This document shows, piece by piece, positions 49,803 through 59,944 of a stretch of 64,000 nt of DNA. The DNA is taken from assembly GCA_965219455.1 (NCBI GenBank), contig OZ244744.1, positions 4,192,001 to 4,256,000 on the forward strand, given 5' to 3'. Each line of letters begins with the position of its first letter. Position 1 is the first letter of the stretch. The translations under genes were made by a program, and so were the position numbers. The notes beneath the pieces are model-generated. The model saw only the letters and a program-made list of their open reading frames with translations. It did no database searches and had not been told where the DNA came from. Source of the DNA: Candidatus Latescibacterota bacterium. Lineage in GTDB: Bacteria > Latescibacterota > UBA2968 > GCA-2709665.

Positions 49803-51848
49803 ATGCGTATTGGCATCGATATCGGCGGCACTTTTACGGATGTTGTGGCTGTAAGCGAGGACGGCCGTGTGGCACTCTGCAAGCTGCCTTCCACGCCCGG
49901 AGATTACGGGAGAGCCATCGCAGATGGTGTACGTCGCGTTGTAAAGGGATCGGGGGCGGACGTGACCGAAGTCATTCATGGCACGACCGTGGCAACCAAT
50001 GCCGTACTCAGCGGCACGGGTGCGCGGACCGGCCTGATCACAACACGGGGTTTTCGCGACGTGCTTGAGATCGGGCGGCTGCGGATGCCCCGGTTGTACG
50101 ATCTCTCCTGGGAGAAGCCGAAACCTCTCGTGCCCCGCTATCTCCGTCTGGAGGTGAACGAACGGATTGCCGCCGACGGCGACGTACTGGAAGCGCTGGA
50201 CGTGGAGAGTGTTCATCTTGCGATCGAACGGCTGGTTGAGGAGCGCGTGGTGTCGGTTGCGGTGTGCCTGCTCAATGCGTACGTGAATCCGGATCACGAA
50301 ATCAGGATAGGTGAGTATCTGCGGGCGGCCGGACGGTGGACAGTGACGCTTTCGTCGGAAGTCTTGCCTGAGATCAAGGAATATGAGCGGACCAGTACCA
50401 CGGTGATAAACGCATACGTGCTGCCGGTAGTGCGCAGTTATCTGAGCGATCTTCGCGGGCGTCTTCAGACTCTTGGTATCGATGCGCCGTTGCGGATCAT
50501 GCAGTCGTCGGGAGGCGTCACCGAGGCCATGACGGCGGTCGAGCGCCCAGTGCAGATTCTGGAATCCGGACCGGCCGCGGGTGTGGTCGCCGCGGCGGCG
50601 TTGGGGCGTCACATCGGTTGCGGGGACCTGATTGCATTCGATATGGGAGGGACGACAGCCAAGGCGTCACTTATCGAAGACGGGCGGATTTCCCGGATAT
50701 CGGATTACGAGGTCGGCGGCGGGTTGTCCGTTGCGGGAAGATTGATGGGCGGTGGCGGGTACGCCATTCGAGTACCCTGTATCGATCTGGCCGAAATCGG
50801 AGCCGGCGGCGGGAGTATCTTACAGGTTGATGGCGGCGGTGCGCTTCAGGTGGGGCCGGCGAGCGCAGGTGCGGAACCCGGTCCCGTCTGCTACCGGCGC
50901 GGAGGGAACCGGCCTACGCTTACCGATGCCAATCTGTTGCTGGGATACCTGAATCCCGAAGGACCGGCTGGCAGTAGCTTGCCTCTGGACGTTGCGATTG
51001 CCCGTAGCGCAATGCGGGAATGGATCGCGTCAAAGATGGATCTGGTCGAGGACGAGGCCGCTCTGGGAGCGCACCGGATCGCGGTTGCCCGTATGGTGAG
51101 GGCTGTACGCGCGGTTTCATCCGAGCGGGGCCGGGACCCCCGTGAGTATTCATTGCTGGCTTTCGGCGGCAGCGGTCCCCTGCACGCCGTCGGGATGGCC
51201 AGGGCACTCGGCATACAGAGGGTAATGGTGCCTCCGGCGCCCGGTCTCTTCAGCGCGATCGGTCTGGTCTCGGCAGGATTGCAGTACGATCTGGCACGCA
51301 CCTGCCTAAAACCTCTCCTGAAAACGGAACCGGTTGAGCTACAGTCGGCCTTTGAAAGGATGGCTGACGAAGCCAGAGAAAGATTACCCGATTCAGCAAT
51401 TGAGAATATCGTGGATCTCAGGTACGCAGGACAGTCCTACGAACTGCCAATCAGGGCACCCGAAGGGCAGTGGAGCCGCGGCACCGTTGCCGATCTCCAG
51501 GAAGCCTTTGAAGCGGAACACGAACGCACGTACGGGCACCGCTCCGAGACCGACTCTGTTGAGATCGTTACTTTGAGGATTCGCGCGTTTCTGCCCGAGC
51601 CGCCGTTGCCCCACGGGAGAGACATCACCGAGCCGGACGGCAGCGCCCGAAGACCGGCCAGCAGGCGCGCGTATTTCGGGGAATGTCGGGGATGGATCGA
51701 GACACCGGTTTTGCCTCGGCGTCACCTGGCGGATTCGCCGGTATGGGGTCCGCTCATTGTGGAGGACTATGACGCAACCACGCTGGTACCCCCGGATGTT
51801 CGCGTCCACCGGGACGACTGGAGGAATATCGTGATTGATTTGGAATGA
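49803..51848 (+). CDS. Hydantoinase A / ATP-dependent 5-oxoprolinase subunit
   Basis: 'GIDIGGTFTD', 'HGTTVATNA', 'ESGPAAG', 'DMGGTT', 'GAGGGS'. Confidence 0.92.
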   Translation: MRIGIDIGGTFTDVVAVSEDGRVALCKLPSTPGDYGRAIADGVRRVVKGSGADVTEVIHGTTVATNAVLSGTGARTGLITTRGFRDVLEIGRLRMPRLYDLSWEKPKPLVPRYLRLEVNERIAADGDVLEALDVESVHLAIERLVEERVVSVAVCLLNAYVNPDHEIRIGEYLRAAGRWTVTLSSEVLPEIKEYERTSTTVINAYVLPVVRSYLSDLRGRLQTLGIDAPLRIMQSSGGVTEAMTAVERPVQILESGPAAGVVAAAALGRHIGCGDLIAFDMGGTTAKASLIEDGRISRISDYEVGGGLSVAGRLMGGGGYAIRVPCIDLAEIGAGGGSILQVDGGGALQVGPASAGAEPGPVCYRRGGNRPTLTDANLLLGYLNPEGPAGSSLPLDVAIARSAMREWIASKMDLVEDEAALGAHRIAVARMVRAVRAVSSERGRDPREYSLLAFGGSGPLHAVGMARALGIQRVMVPPAPGLFSAIGLVSAGLQYDLARTCLKPLLKTEPVELQSAFERMADEARERLPDSAIENIVDLRYAGQSYELPIRAPEGQWSRGTVADLQEAFEAEHERTYGHRSETDSVEIVTLRIRAFLPEPPLPHGRDITEPDGSARRPASRRAYFGECRGWIETPVLPRRHLADSPVWGPLIVEDYDATTLVPPDVRVHRDDWRNIVIDLE

Positions 51849-51956
51849 CCCCGGTTTTCCCTGAATCTCCTGTTTAAAATGCGGGCGGTCCTTGCGATCG
51901 TTCGCATTTTCTTGTCAATCCGGGTCGAGGACGGCACAACGGGTCTGCCGGAGGCT

Positions 51957-53678
51957 TTACATGCGCCCGGCACGGGTCCGGAGCAGGTTCGTACGTGCAT
52001 CGTCGATGTTCAACGTGTCCGGGTCGATAGCGACGCCGTACTTCTGTTCGGCGGACCGGATTGAGACTTTGCCGTTTCTGACGTCGTCGAGGACGCGTTG
52101 GGGATCGCGTTCCAGCGGGTTGCCCCAACCTCCAGCGCCCGCCAATACGTGCCGCAGAATGTCGCCTCTGTTGAGGGTGAGTAACGTCTTCGCGGGTAAC
52201 GCCCGGGCTTCGGTGTGTGGGTTCAGGATGTTTTTGGATCGGGATCCCGGCTGACCGCCCGACAGGCCGTAGGGCCGGGAGTTGTGGCGGTCCGAGCGGA
52301 TCTGCAGGGTCGCCCGTGTTTCCGTAAAACGGTATTCGCGTACAATCGAGCAGGAACCGCGATATTTGCCCGCCCCGCCGGTGTCGGGCAGGAATCCGTA
52401 TTCGAGAATCTGGAGAGGGTATTCGGCTTCGATAACTTCGGCGGGGTTGTTGGAGAAATTGACGACAATACTGGCGCAACCGTCGATTCCGTCCCGGTCC
52501 GGGCGACCCCCCCAGCCGCAGAAGAGGAACTCGAGAAAGACAAAAGGGGTACGGTCCGTACGGTATCCACCAATTGAAATACCCGTGTCTCCTCCAACTT
52601 CGCAGGCGGGCACGATATGCGGCGTCAATAGGGCGAGCGCGCCCATAATCGCATTGGCCAATCGAAAGCCGGTGAGACCTCGGGCGGCCACGGGAGCGGG
52701 CGGCACGGGGTTGGCGATCGTGGCGGACGGGATGCGGACGTCAATGGCGCGGAAGAAGCCGGAATTGGTGGGGATGTCCGAGTGCATGAGACAACGTAGA
52801 CAGGCGTACACCGTCGATCTGGTGAATGAAGCGACACAGTTGATGGCCCCCTTTACCTGCGGTGCGGTGCCGGTGAAGTCTACGGACAACGCGCTGCCCG
52901 CGACCTCGATTGTAACGGCGATGGGGATTGGACCCGGGTCGATACCGTCGTCGTCGAGTACGTCGGTAAAGCTGAAACGCCCGTCCGGCAGGGCGGCGAT
53001 TTCTGCCCGCGTTAGGCGTTCGGAGTAGTCCAGAAGTTGGGAGAATCCGCTCTGGAGGCGATCGAAACCCTGATCCCGGGCCAGGGCGACGATTGCTCGT
53101 TCACCTATGTGGCAGGCGGACAACTGGGCGCGAAGGTCGCCCAAAGCGTTGCGGGGGACGCGGACGTTGCGTTCTATAATGTCGAAGATGGCCTGGACCG
53201 GCCGGCCTGCAACGTAGAGTTTGAGCGGCGGAATGCGCAGGCCTTCCTGGTAGATTTCCGTCGAGTCGCAAGCGTTTCCGCCGGCGACCCGGCCGCCGAT
53301 GTCGGTATGATGCGCGATGGACGTCGTGAATCCGAGCAGCCGTGAGTCGACAAACACTGGCTTGTAGATGTAGATGTCCGGCAGGTGCGTGCCACCTTCA
53401 TACGGATCGTTAAGCAGAAATACATCGCCCTCTTCGATGGCGTTGCCATACCGGTTCAGGACGGCGGCGATCCCGGCCGGAAGGCTGCCAAGATGCAAGG
53501 GAAGGCATAGACCCTGCGCGACCAGGCGCCCGTCGGGGTCGCAGAAGCCGGTGGAAAAGTCCATGGAGTTTCTGAGATTGGTTGAATAGGCGGTGCGAAC
53601 GACCGTGAGCGCCATGTCGTCCACGACGGATTCCAGCCTGTTTTTCAGGAGTTGGAGTTCGATAGATGTGTACGTCAT
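51957..53678 (-). CDS. Hydantoinase B / oxoprolinase subunit
   Basis: 'NDPYEGGTHLPD', 'HHTDIGG', 'EIYQEG', 'GGAGKYRG', 'GAGGWGNP'. Confidence 0.92.
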   Translation of the reverse strand: MTYTSIELQLLKNRLESVVDDMALTVVRTAYSTNLRNSMDFSTGFCDPDGRLVAQGLCLPLHLGSLPAGIAAVLNRYGNAIEEGDVFLLNDPYEGGTHLPDIYIYKPVFVDSRLLGFTTSIAHHTDIGGRVAGGNACDSTEIYQEGLRIPPLKLYVAGRPVQAIFDIIERNVRVPRNALGDLRAQLSACHIGERAIVALARDQGFDRLQSGFSQLLDYSERLTRAEIAALPDGRFSFTDVLDDDGIDPGPIPIAVTIEVAGSALSVDFTGTAPQVKGAINCVASFTRSTVYACLRCLMHSDIPTNSGFFRAIDVRIPSATIANPVPPAPVAARGLTGFRLANAIMGALALLTPHIVPACEVGGDTGISIGGYRTDRTPFVFLEFLFCGWGGRPDRDGIDGCASIVVNFSNNPAEVIEAEYPLQILEYGFLPDTGGAGKYRGSCSIVREYRFTETRATLQIRSDRHNSRPYGLSGGQPGSRSKNILNPHTEARALPAKTLLTLNRGDILRHVLAGAGGWGNPLERDPQRVLDDVRNGKVSIRSAEQKYGVAIDPDTLNIDDARTNLLRTRAGRM

Positions 53679-53735
53679 TGGAAATTTATGTTGAGGCGCC
53701 AGCCGGAAGTGAGCCCCTGCATGAAGGCGGATCGA

Positions 53736-54923
53736 TTACACGGGCGGGCGGTAGACGGTGGATGGGGGGTCGATTTCCGGGATCTGTAAAGTGTCCCAAA
53801 AGGTAGTCCCGGAAAACGGATATCGTCTGAGGTCGGGAATTGCAATGGTGGCACCGCCCAGTTCCGCCGAGCGGGCTGCAACGATGCCCGGCAGCGCATA
53901 TTCGATGGCGCGGTAGACGTCAATGGGCGAGGGTAGGTCCTCAAGCAGGATGTTTGTGAAGTGCCGGGCGACTTTCAGATCCGTTCCCCCGTGGCCGCCC
54001 GTGGCATCGTCTACGGCGGCCCGGCTGACCGGCAGAACTCTCCAGCCGTCGTTGTGACTGCAACTGTTATCGAAATAGCGGATGCATTCTTCGTAGGTAA
54101 ACATCTCCGCGCTCCCTTCGGTTCCGAAGAGTCGATAGCGGTGCTCGGACGGACGAATTGTGTTCAGGGTAACCATGATCTTGATCAGGGTGCCCTTCTG
54201 GGTGAGGAACAGGGCGATTTGCCCATCTGATCTCAAAGGCGCTTCCTTGCAGCGCCAGGGGGCGCTGAGGCAGGTAACGGATACGGCGCGGTCGTCCAGG
54301 ATTTCCAGCAGGGGGCCCAGGTCGTGGGTAAGGTACTGGATGGGGGGCTGGTCGGCGCGCCATATGGGTTTCGCATTCACGCTACCGGCGGAATGCACCT
54401 GGCTTGGCGAAAGGCGTTTGCCGTCCGGCGAGAAAAGCGTCTGCGGCAGGTAGTGAAGGTATTCCGCTTCGGCGATGGAGATGGGTCCGAACCGATCTTC
54501 CTGTATCCACTTTCGCCAGTAGGGCGCAAAACCGGCGTAACAGGCGTTTTCGGCCAGCATGTACGTGAGTCCGGTGCGTTCCACGGTATCGCGGAGGCGA
54601 ACCAGTTCGTGTTCGGTGTCTGCTCCCGGAACTTCCGAGAGAACGTGGCAGCCGGCTTCCATTGCCATGCAGGCGTGTTCAACCTGAAGTTTGCCGTTAC
54701 TGGCAATGACCACGGCATCGGGTTTACGTTCCAGGAGATCGTCGTACTCCACCAACAGTTCCGTTGGCGCGCCTTCCCTGTGCAATATTGAACGTGCCTG
54801 GTCCCGGTAGTAGGGAAAGCGGTCGCAGGCGGCAACGACTTCGGCGTTCTCGGTGGCCAGAAAGTTGCGCAGGTGGGCAATGCCTCGCCGCAGGCCCAGG
54901 ACGCCGACTCTGATTTTCTCCAT
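53736..54923 (-). CDS. Gfo/Idh/MocA family oxidoreductase
   Basis: 'RVGVLGLRRG', 'HVLSEVP', 'YMLAEN', 'GGHGGTD'. Confidence 0.85.
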   Translation of the reverse strand: MEKIRVGVLGLRRGIAHLRNFLATENAEVVAACDRFPYYRDQARSILHREGAPTELLVEYDDLLERKPDAVVIASNGKLQVEHACMAMEAGCHVLSEVPGADTEHELVRLRDTVERTGLTYMLAENACYAGFAPYWRKWIQEDRFGPISIAEAEYLHYLPQTLFSPDGKRLSPSQVHSAGSVNAKPIWRADQPPIQYLTHDLGPLLEILDDRAVSVTCLSAPWRCKEAPLRSDGQIALFLTQKGTLIKIMVTLNTIRPSEHRYRLFGTEGSAEMFTYEECIRYFDNSCSHNDGWRVLPVSRAAVDDATGGHGGTDLKVARHFTNILLEDLPSPIDVYRAIEYALPGIVAARSAELGGATIAIPDLRRYPFSGTTFWDTLQIPEIDPPSTVYRPPV

Positions 54924-55436
54924 CGTTTACGTTTCCCCGGAAAAGTGGCGTGCGGTGACGTGGGCGTTCGAATAAACGCCGCAGTTCGACGTGAACCGTC
55001 GGGCGGTCGCGGAAGCCGATGTCCATCCGTCCGGTGGTTCGCCCGTTCGGGTGGCTCTTTTGGCGTTGTCCCCTTTATTTTGACGGGGAAAGACGGCATA
55101 CATGGTAAATCGGGATTTTTGGAATTCGACTTCCTTTCCAGCTAATATATGGAAGAGATAGCGGATGTCATTGGAAAAATTGGGGGAACGATTTGAGGCT
55201 ACCGTCGTTCTAAATGATGTAGCGTAAAGGACGGATCGGCAACTCCTTCTGAAGTAAATGATCGCCGATTTAAATACAGCATTTTCCCGCAGATATCGTG
55301 CGGGAACAGGGGTGGGGGCGGTAAAATCCCGGCGGCCGACCCCCACCCCATCGCACTTGGACGATAGCCATCGGCACGGATTTGCCAGATGCAGGGTGTG
55401 GCCGCCGAAATTCTGGCACGGTTAAGGAGGTCGATT

Positions 55437-58400
55437 ATGATCAGGCGCAATTTGATGTCCGCGATTCTTGTTGGTCTGTTCACGTATGGTATTGCGGGCG
55501 GTCAGGAGTATTTCGGCAAGAACAAGGTGACGTATGACGATTACGACTGGCACTATCTGGAGACGGAGCATTTCAAGATCTATTTCGACAAGGCGTCGCA
55601 GCCTGCGGCGGAGTTTGCGGCGAAGGAGGCGGAGCGCTCGCTGGTGCGTCTGGAGAAGGATCTGAAGTATACCTTGAAGGACCGATATCCGATAGTAATC
55701 TACAACTCGCACAACGGTTTTTCAGTGACGAACATTGCGCCGACGGAGCAGTCGGAGTTTACGGGCGGATTTACGGAGTTTGCGCAGGGTCGTGTGGTGA
55801 TACCGTATACGGGATCTTATGGCGATTTCCGTCACGTGATACATCACGAGTTGGCGCACGTGGTGACATTGGAGATGTGGACGGGCGGCGGGTGGCTGGG
55901 AGCGATGATGACGCAGGCGGCGACGTTGCCGCCATTGTGGATTGCGGAGGGTGTGGCGGAGTATTTATCGCAGGGAGGCTGGGACCGTGAGGGCGACAAT
56001 TTCATGCGTCACGCGACGATCACGGGTTATGTGCCTGGTATGACGGCATTGAGCGGCGCGTTTGCGTATAAGGGTGGTCAGTCTGTATTCGTGATGATCG
56101 AAGAGGAGTATGGCAAGGACAAGGTGGCGGAGTTTATCTCGTCGTTTCGGTCGGCGCGGTCTGTGGACAAGGCGCTGAAGGCATCGGTGGGCGAGGGTGT
56201 GGAGGAGCTGGACGAGAAGTGGCAGTTGTGGTTGAAGCGTCAGTATTGGAACGAGATCAACCTGCACCACGTGTCGGAGGAGGTGGCGAAGCAGTTGACG
56301 GAAGCGTCTGTGGGTCGTGGTTTTTACAATATCGCGCCGTCGTTTTCGCCGCAGGGCGACAAGATCGCGTATGTGACGGAGCGTCAGGGCACGTTCGACA
56401 TCTATCTGATGTCGGCGATCGACGGTCAGGACCTGGGCCGGTTGGTGGAGGGCGAGCGATCGTCGGACTTCGAGGGATTGTTCGTGCTGCGTCCCGGCAT
56501 CACGTGGTCGCCCGACGGCAAGCAGGTCGCGTTTGCGGCGAAGTCGCGTAACAAGAACACGCTGTATACGCTGGACGTGAGGAAGCGGCGCGTGACGAAG
56601 CGCTTCAAGTTCGATCTGGACGGATTGTTCGAGCCCACGTGGTCGCCCGACGGGAAAGAGATCGCGATCGTGGGGTTGAAGGACGGGTGGTCGGACGTGT
56701 ATGTCGTGAACGTGGAGGACGAGTCGCTGCGGCGCATGACGCGGGATCCGTATGACGAGAAGCACCTGAACTGGTCGCCGGACGGGGAGTGGATCGCCAT
56801 CAGTTCGGACCGACCGGCGGCGGCCCTGACGTATGACGGGTCGAAGGATTTCGTCTTCGGCACGTATGACGTGTTCGTGATCCGCCGTGACGGGTCGGAT
56901 ATCCGTCGCGTGGTGGAAAGTGAGGCGAACGACAGCCATCCCACGTGGGGGCCGGACTCGCAGACGCTGGCGTTCGTGTCGGACAGGACGGGCGTGGGCA
57001 ACATCTACATCGCGCACGTGGACGGCTCACAGGTGTATCCCATCAGCAATCTGTTGTCGGGGGCGCGGTATATCGACTGGTCGGCCGACGGCAAGAAGCT
57101 GGCGTTTACGACGTTTCACAAGGGCGGTTATGACATCTTCGTGATGAAGGACCCTCTGAAGCAGAAGCGGGGGACCGAAGATCTGCCGCTGACGCGGTAT
57201 GCGAAGCGTCTGGCGGGTATCGAAGACCGGCCGTTCGTGGAACTGCAGCGTGAGCGCAGGGAGGAGCAGGCGACGGCAAGCGCGGCGGCCGACAGCGCGG
57301 ACGTCGCCGCACAACAGGACACGGTGGTGGTGGCGGCGACGACGGACAGGAAGGTGGAGACGTGGATGTCGGATCAGATGGCGCTGGCGGCCGCCGAGGC
57401 GCGCGGCGACGACGACGAGGGCGCCGGGGCCGACACCCTGGAGACGGACGGCGACAGGGAACTGACGCTGCGCGACTGGAACAGGGAGTTCACGGTGAAC
57501 AAATACCGTGTGAAACTCAAACCGGAATTCTTCGGAGCCAACGCCGGCTTCGACACCTTCTACGGCGTCAGCAGCCTGGTCCAATTGTCGCTGACCGACG
57601 TGATGGGCGACCACCGCGTCATCATACAGTCAGGGTTGAGCTTCTCCCTGAAAGACAGCGATCTCTTCCTCGGATACCAGAACCTCAAACACCAGACCAA
57701 CTACTACCTCAGCGCGCTTCACACCCGAAACTTCTTCATATCAAACGGTCAGGTCGTGGCCGATCGCGTCTACGGTGGTGGCGTTGTTTTCCATCGGCCA
57801 TTCAATCGATTTACCCGGCTTGAAGCGAGTATGCAGGCGATCAATATTTCCCGCGAAAACCTGGGCGTTTACTCAAACCAGCCCTTTCGCGCAGGCTACA
57901 CCGGACGGGTTCTCCGGGGGAGCGGTACGCCGGTTTCCGACAACAAAGCCGTTATTAACAGCCTGGATATCGTCGACGACAACGCGTTGTATTCCCTCTA
58001 CGGGCCGACAAAGGGACGACGGGCGAGGTTGTCCTTAAGGGGCAGTTGGGCAGGAATGCGGTACGGTACCGTTCAGGGCGACTATCGGAAATACATACCG
58101 ATGCTGGATGAGTACACGTTTGCAATCCGTATGTCCGGCGGGACCAGTTTCGGTCGGAACCGGCAGATCTTTTTCCTGGGTGGGGTGAACAATTCAATCA
58201 ATCCGAATTTCGCCACGTTCGCATCCGTTGAGCGGGACCGGATATTCTTCTCCAGTTTTGTCTGGCCCCTGCGCGGCGCCGACGTGTTCGAAATGGCTGG
58301 GGACTCGTACGTGTTGACCAATGTCGCTTTTCGTTTCCCACTAGTGAGACAGCTGGCCATGGGCTGGCCGTTACCCCTTTTGTTTCAGAATGTCCAGGGT

Positions 58401-58628
58401 GAACTGTTCATGGACGTGGGTAGTGCGTTCAATCGGGACAGTTTCGAACCGTGGGAAGCGCGGGACGGTGGTTTTGAACTCCGGGATCTGAAGGCGGGTT
58501 ACGGGTTCGGTGTTCGAGTGAATATGGGCGCGTTTCTGTTCCGCTACGACCTGGCCTGGCCGACCGATTTTGCGGAAACGGGCCAACCCAAGCAGTATTT
58601 TTCAATTGACTACACCGGGTTGTTTTAG
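55437..58628 (+). CDS. Omp85-family protein with N-terminal gluzincin-like peptidase domain and PD40/WD40 beta-propeller
   Basis: Signal peptide; 'HELAH...EGVAEY'; repeated 'WSPDG'; C-terminal barrel with 'LRGAD', 'GYGFGVR' and terminal Phe; TAAGGAGG RBS. Confidence 0.85.
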   Translation: MIRRNLMSAILVGLFTYGIAGGQEYFGKNKVTYDDYDWHYLETEHFKIYFDKASQPAAEFAAKEAERSLVRLEKDLKYTLKDRYPIVIYNSHNGFSVTNIAPTEQSEFTGGFTEFAQGRVVIPYTGSYGDFRHVIHHELAHVVTLEMWTGGGWLGAMMTQAATLPPLWIAEGVAEYLSQGGWDREGDNFMRHATITGYVPGMTALSGAFAYKGGQSVFVMIEEEYGKDKVAEFISSFRSARSVDKALKASVGEGVEELDEKWQLWLKRQYWNEINLHHVSEEVAKQLTEASVGRGFYNIAPSFSPQGDKIAYVTERQGTFDIYLMSAIDGQDLGRLVEGERSSDFEGLFVLRPGITWSPDGKQVAFAAKSRNKNTLYTLDVRKRRVTKRFKFDLDGLFEPTWSPDGKEIAIVGLKDGWSDVYVVNVEDESLRRMTRDPYDEKHLNWSPDGEWIAISSDRPAAALTYDGSKDFVFGTYDVFVIRRDGSDIRRVVESEANDSHPTWGPDSQTLAFVSDRTGVGNIYIAHVDGSQVYPISNLLSGARYIDWSADGKKLAFTTFHKGGYDIFVMKDPLKQKRGTEDLPLTRYAKRLAGIEDRPFVELQRERREEQATASAAADSADVAAQQDTVVVAATTDRKVETWMSDQMALAAAEARGDDDEGAGADTLETDGDRELTLRDWNREFTVNKYRVKLKPEFFGANAGFDTFYGVSSLVQLSLTDVMGDHRVIIQSGLSFSLKDSDLFLGYQNLKHQTNYYLSALHTRNFFISNGQVVADRVYGGGVVFHRPFNRFTRLEASMQAINISRENLGVYSNQPFRAGYTGRVLRGSGTPVSDNKAVINSLDIVDDNALYSLYGPTKGRRARLSLRGSWAGMRYGTVQGDYRKYIPMLDEYTFAIRMSGGTSFGRNRQIFFLGGVNNSINPNFATFASVERDRIFFSSFVWPLRGADVFEMAGDSYVLTNVAFRFPLVRQLAMGWPLPLLFQNVQGELFMDVGSAFNRDSFEPWEARDGGFELRDLKAGYGFGVRVNMGAFLFRYDLAWPTDFAETGQPKQYFSIDYTGLF

Positions 58629-58708
58629 CCTGTCCGTCGGAGGAAGAAACCATAATAGGTGTCGGCAGGTTTGCGTCTATGCGCTGTACCACCACGGAGG
58701 CCACCACG

Positions 58709-59873
58709 GTGGGCTACCGTATCACAGCGGCACTGCTTGTGATATTAGCGGCTGCGGGTTGTGGCAAAGGCGCAAACGACTCCCAGCCGGAGGATTTGTC
58801 TCCGGAGACCGGTAACGGGTCGGCGGTTGACACCAGGGTGGATGGGTTGACGGTACTGACGCTGGTCACCGGGCTGGATACGCCATGGGATCTGGCCTGG
58901 GGCCCGGATGGCCAGATCTGGGTGAGCGAGCGTAAGGGTACGATCTCCCGCGTGGATGCGAAAACGGGCGCAGTAACGGAGGTCGGTCAGATTGAAGCCT
59001 TCGAGCTGAGTGAAAGCGGGTTGATGGGAATCGCGTTCCACCCTGATTTTGAGAACCGGCCCTTTGTTTATGCGGTATACTCGTACAATGCGGGCGGAGG
59101 TTCGGAATCGCCTGGTACGGATGCTATACGACGGCACAGCGCTCGGCCAGCCCGAAATCCTATTGAACGGCATTCCCGGAGCGCCCAATCACGACGGATC
59201 CAGGCTTGCGGTCGGACCTGACGATCTATTGTATCTCACAACCGGTGACGCGCAATCACCCGCGCTTGCCCAGGATCTGAATTCGCTGGCGGGCAAGGTT
59301 TTGCGACTCGACCTCGATGGAGAGCCCGCGGTCGGCAATCCGTTTGGCACAGCGGTTTTTTCCTTTGGACATCGAAATCCACAGGGCCTGGTGTTCCACC
59401 CGTCAACCGGTGCACTCTATAGTACCGAACACGGGCCCCGCGATAACGACGAGGTGAACCTGATTCTGGCCGGGCGGAACTACGGTTGGCCAGGCGTCCA
59501 TGGGTTTTGCGACAATGATGTCCTTACGGGCGAGACCGCATTTTGTACGGCAAACAACGTGGCGGAACCGCTGGCGTCCTGGACGCCGACAATCGCCCCC
59601 GCAGGCGCGGACATTTACGAGGCGAATCTGATACCCGGATGGAAAGGGAGCCTCCTGTTTACGACGTTGAAGGGGCAGGCGCTCTGGCGTCTGAGCCTAT
59701 CCTCCGACGGCCGGCGCGTGACGGACCGGGATGGCTTGTTCCGCGGCGCGTTCGGCCGGCTGCGGGATGTGCTGGTAGGGCCCGATGGCGAGGTGTACCT
59801 GGCCACGAGCAACCGGGACGGGCGGGGTCAGCCGCAGACGGGCGATGACCGGATCCTGGTCGTCACGCCATAA
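58709..59873 (+). pseudogene. PQQ-dependent sugar (glucose/sorbosone) dehydrogenase lipoprotein, frameshifted near 59095
   Basis: Lipobox LAAAGC, 'GLDTPWDLAW' and 'GLMGIAFHPDF' in one frame; 'HDGSRL', 'GHRNPQG', 'TEHGP' and 'GRLRDV' in another; the break lies at GCGGGCGGAGGTTCGG. Confidence 0.82.
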
Positions 59874-59944
59874 GATAAAACAGGGCAGTAAACACGTTTC
59901 CACGTTCCGCCATATGGCGGCTGTTACAATTCAGGAGGTACGCA

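Noticed and set aside
55371-55386. sigma54 promoter (CGGCACGGATTTGC)
   Set aside because: GG-to-GC spacing is 9 nt rather than the required 10.
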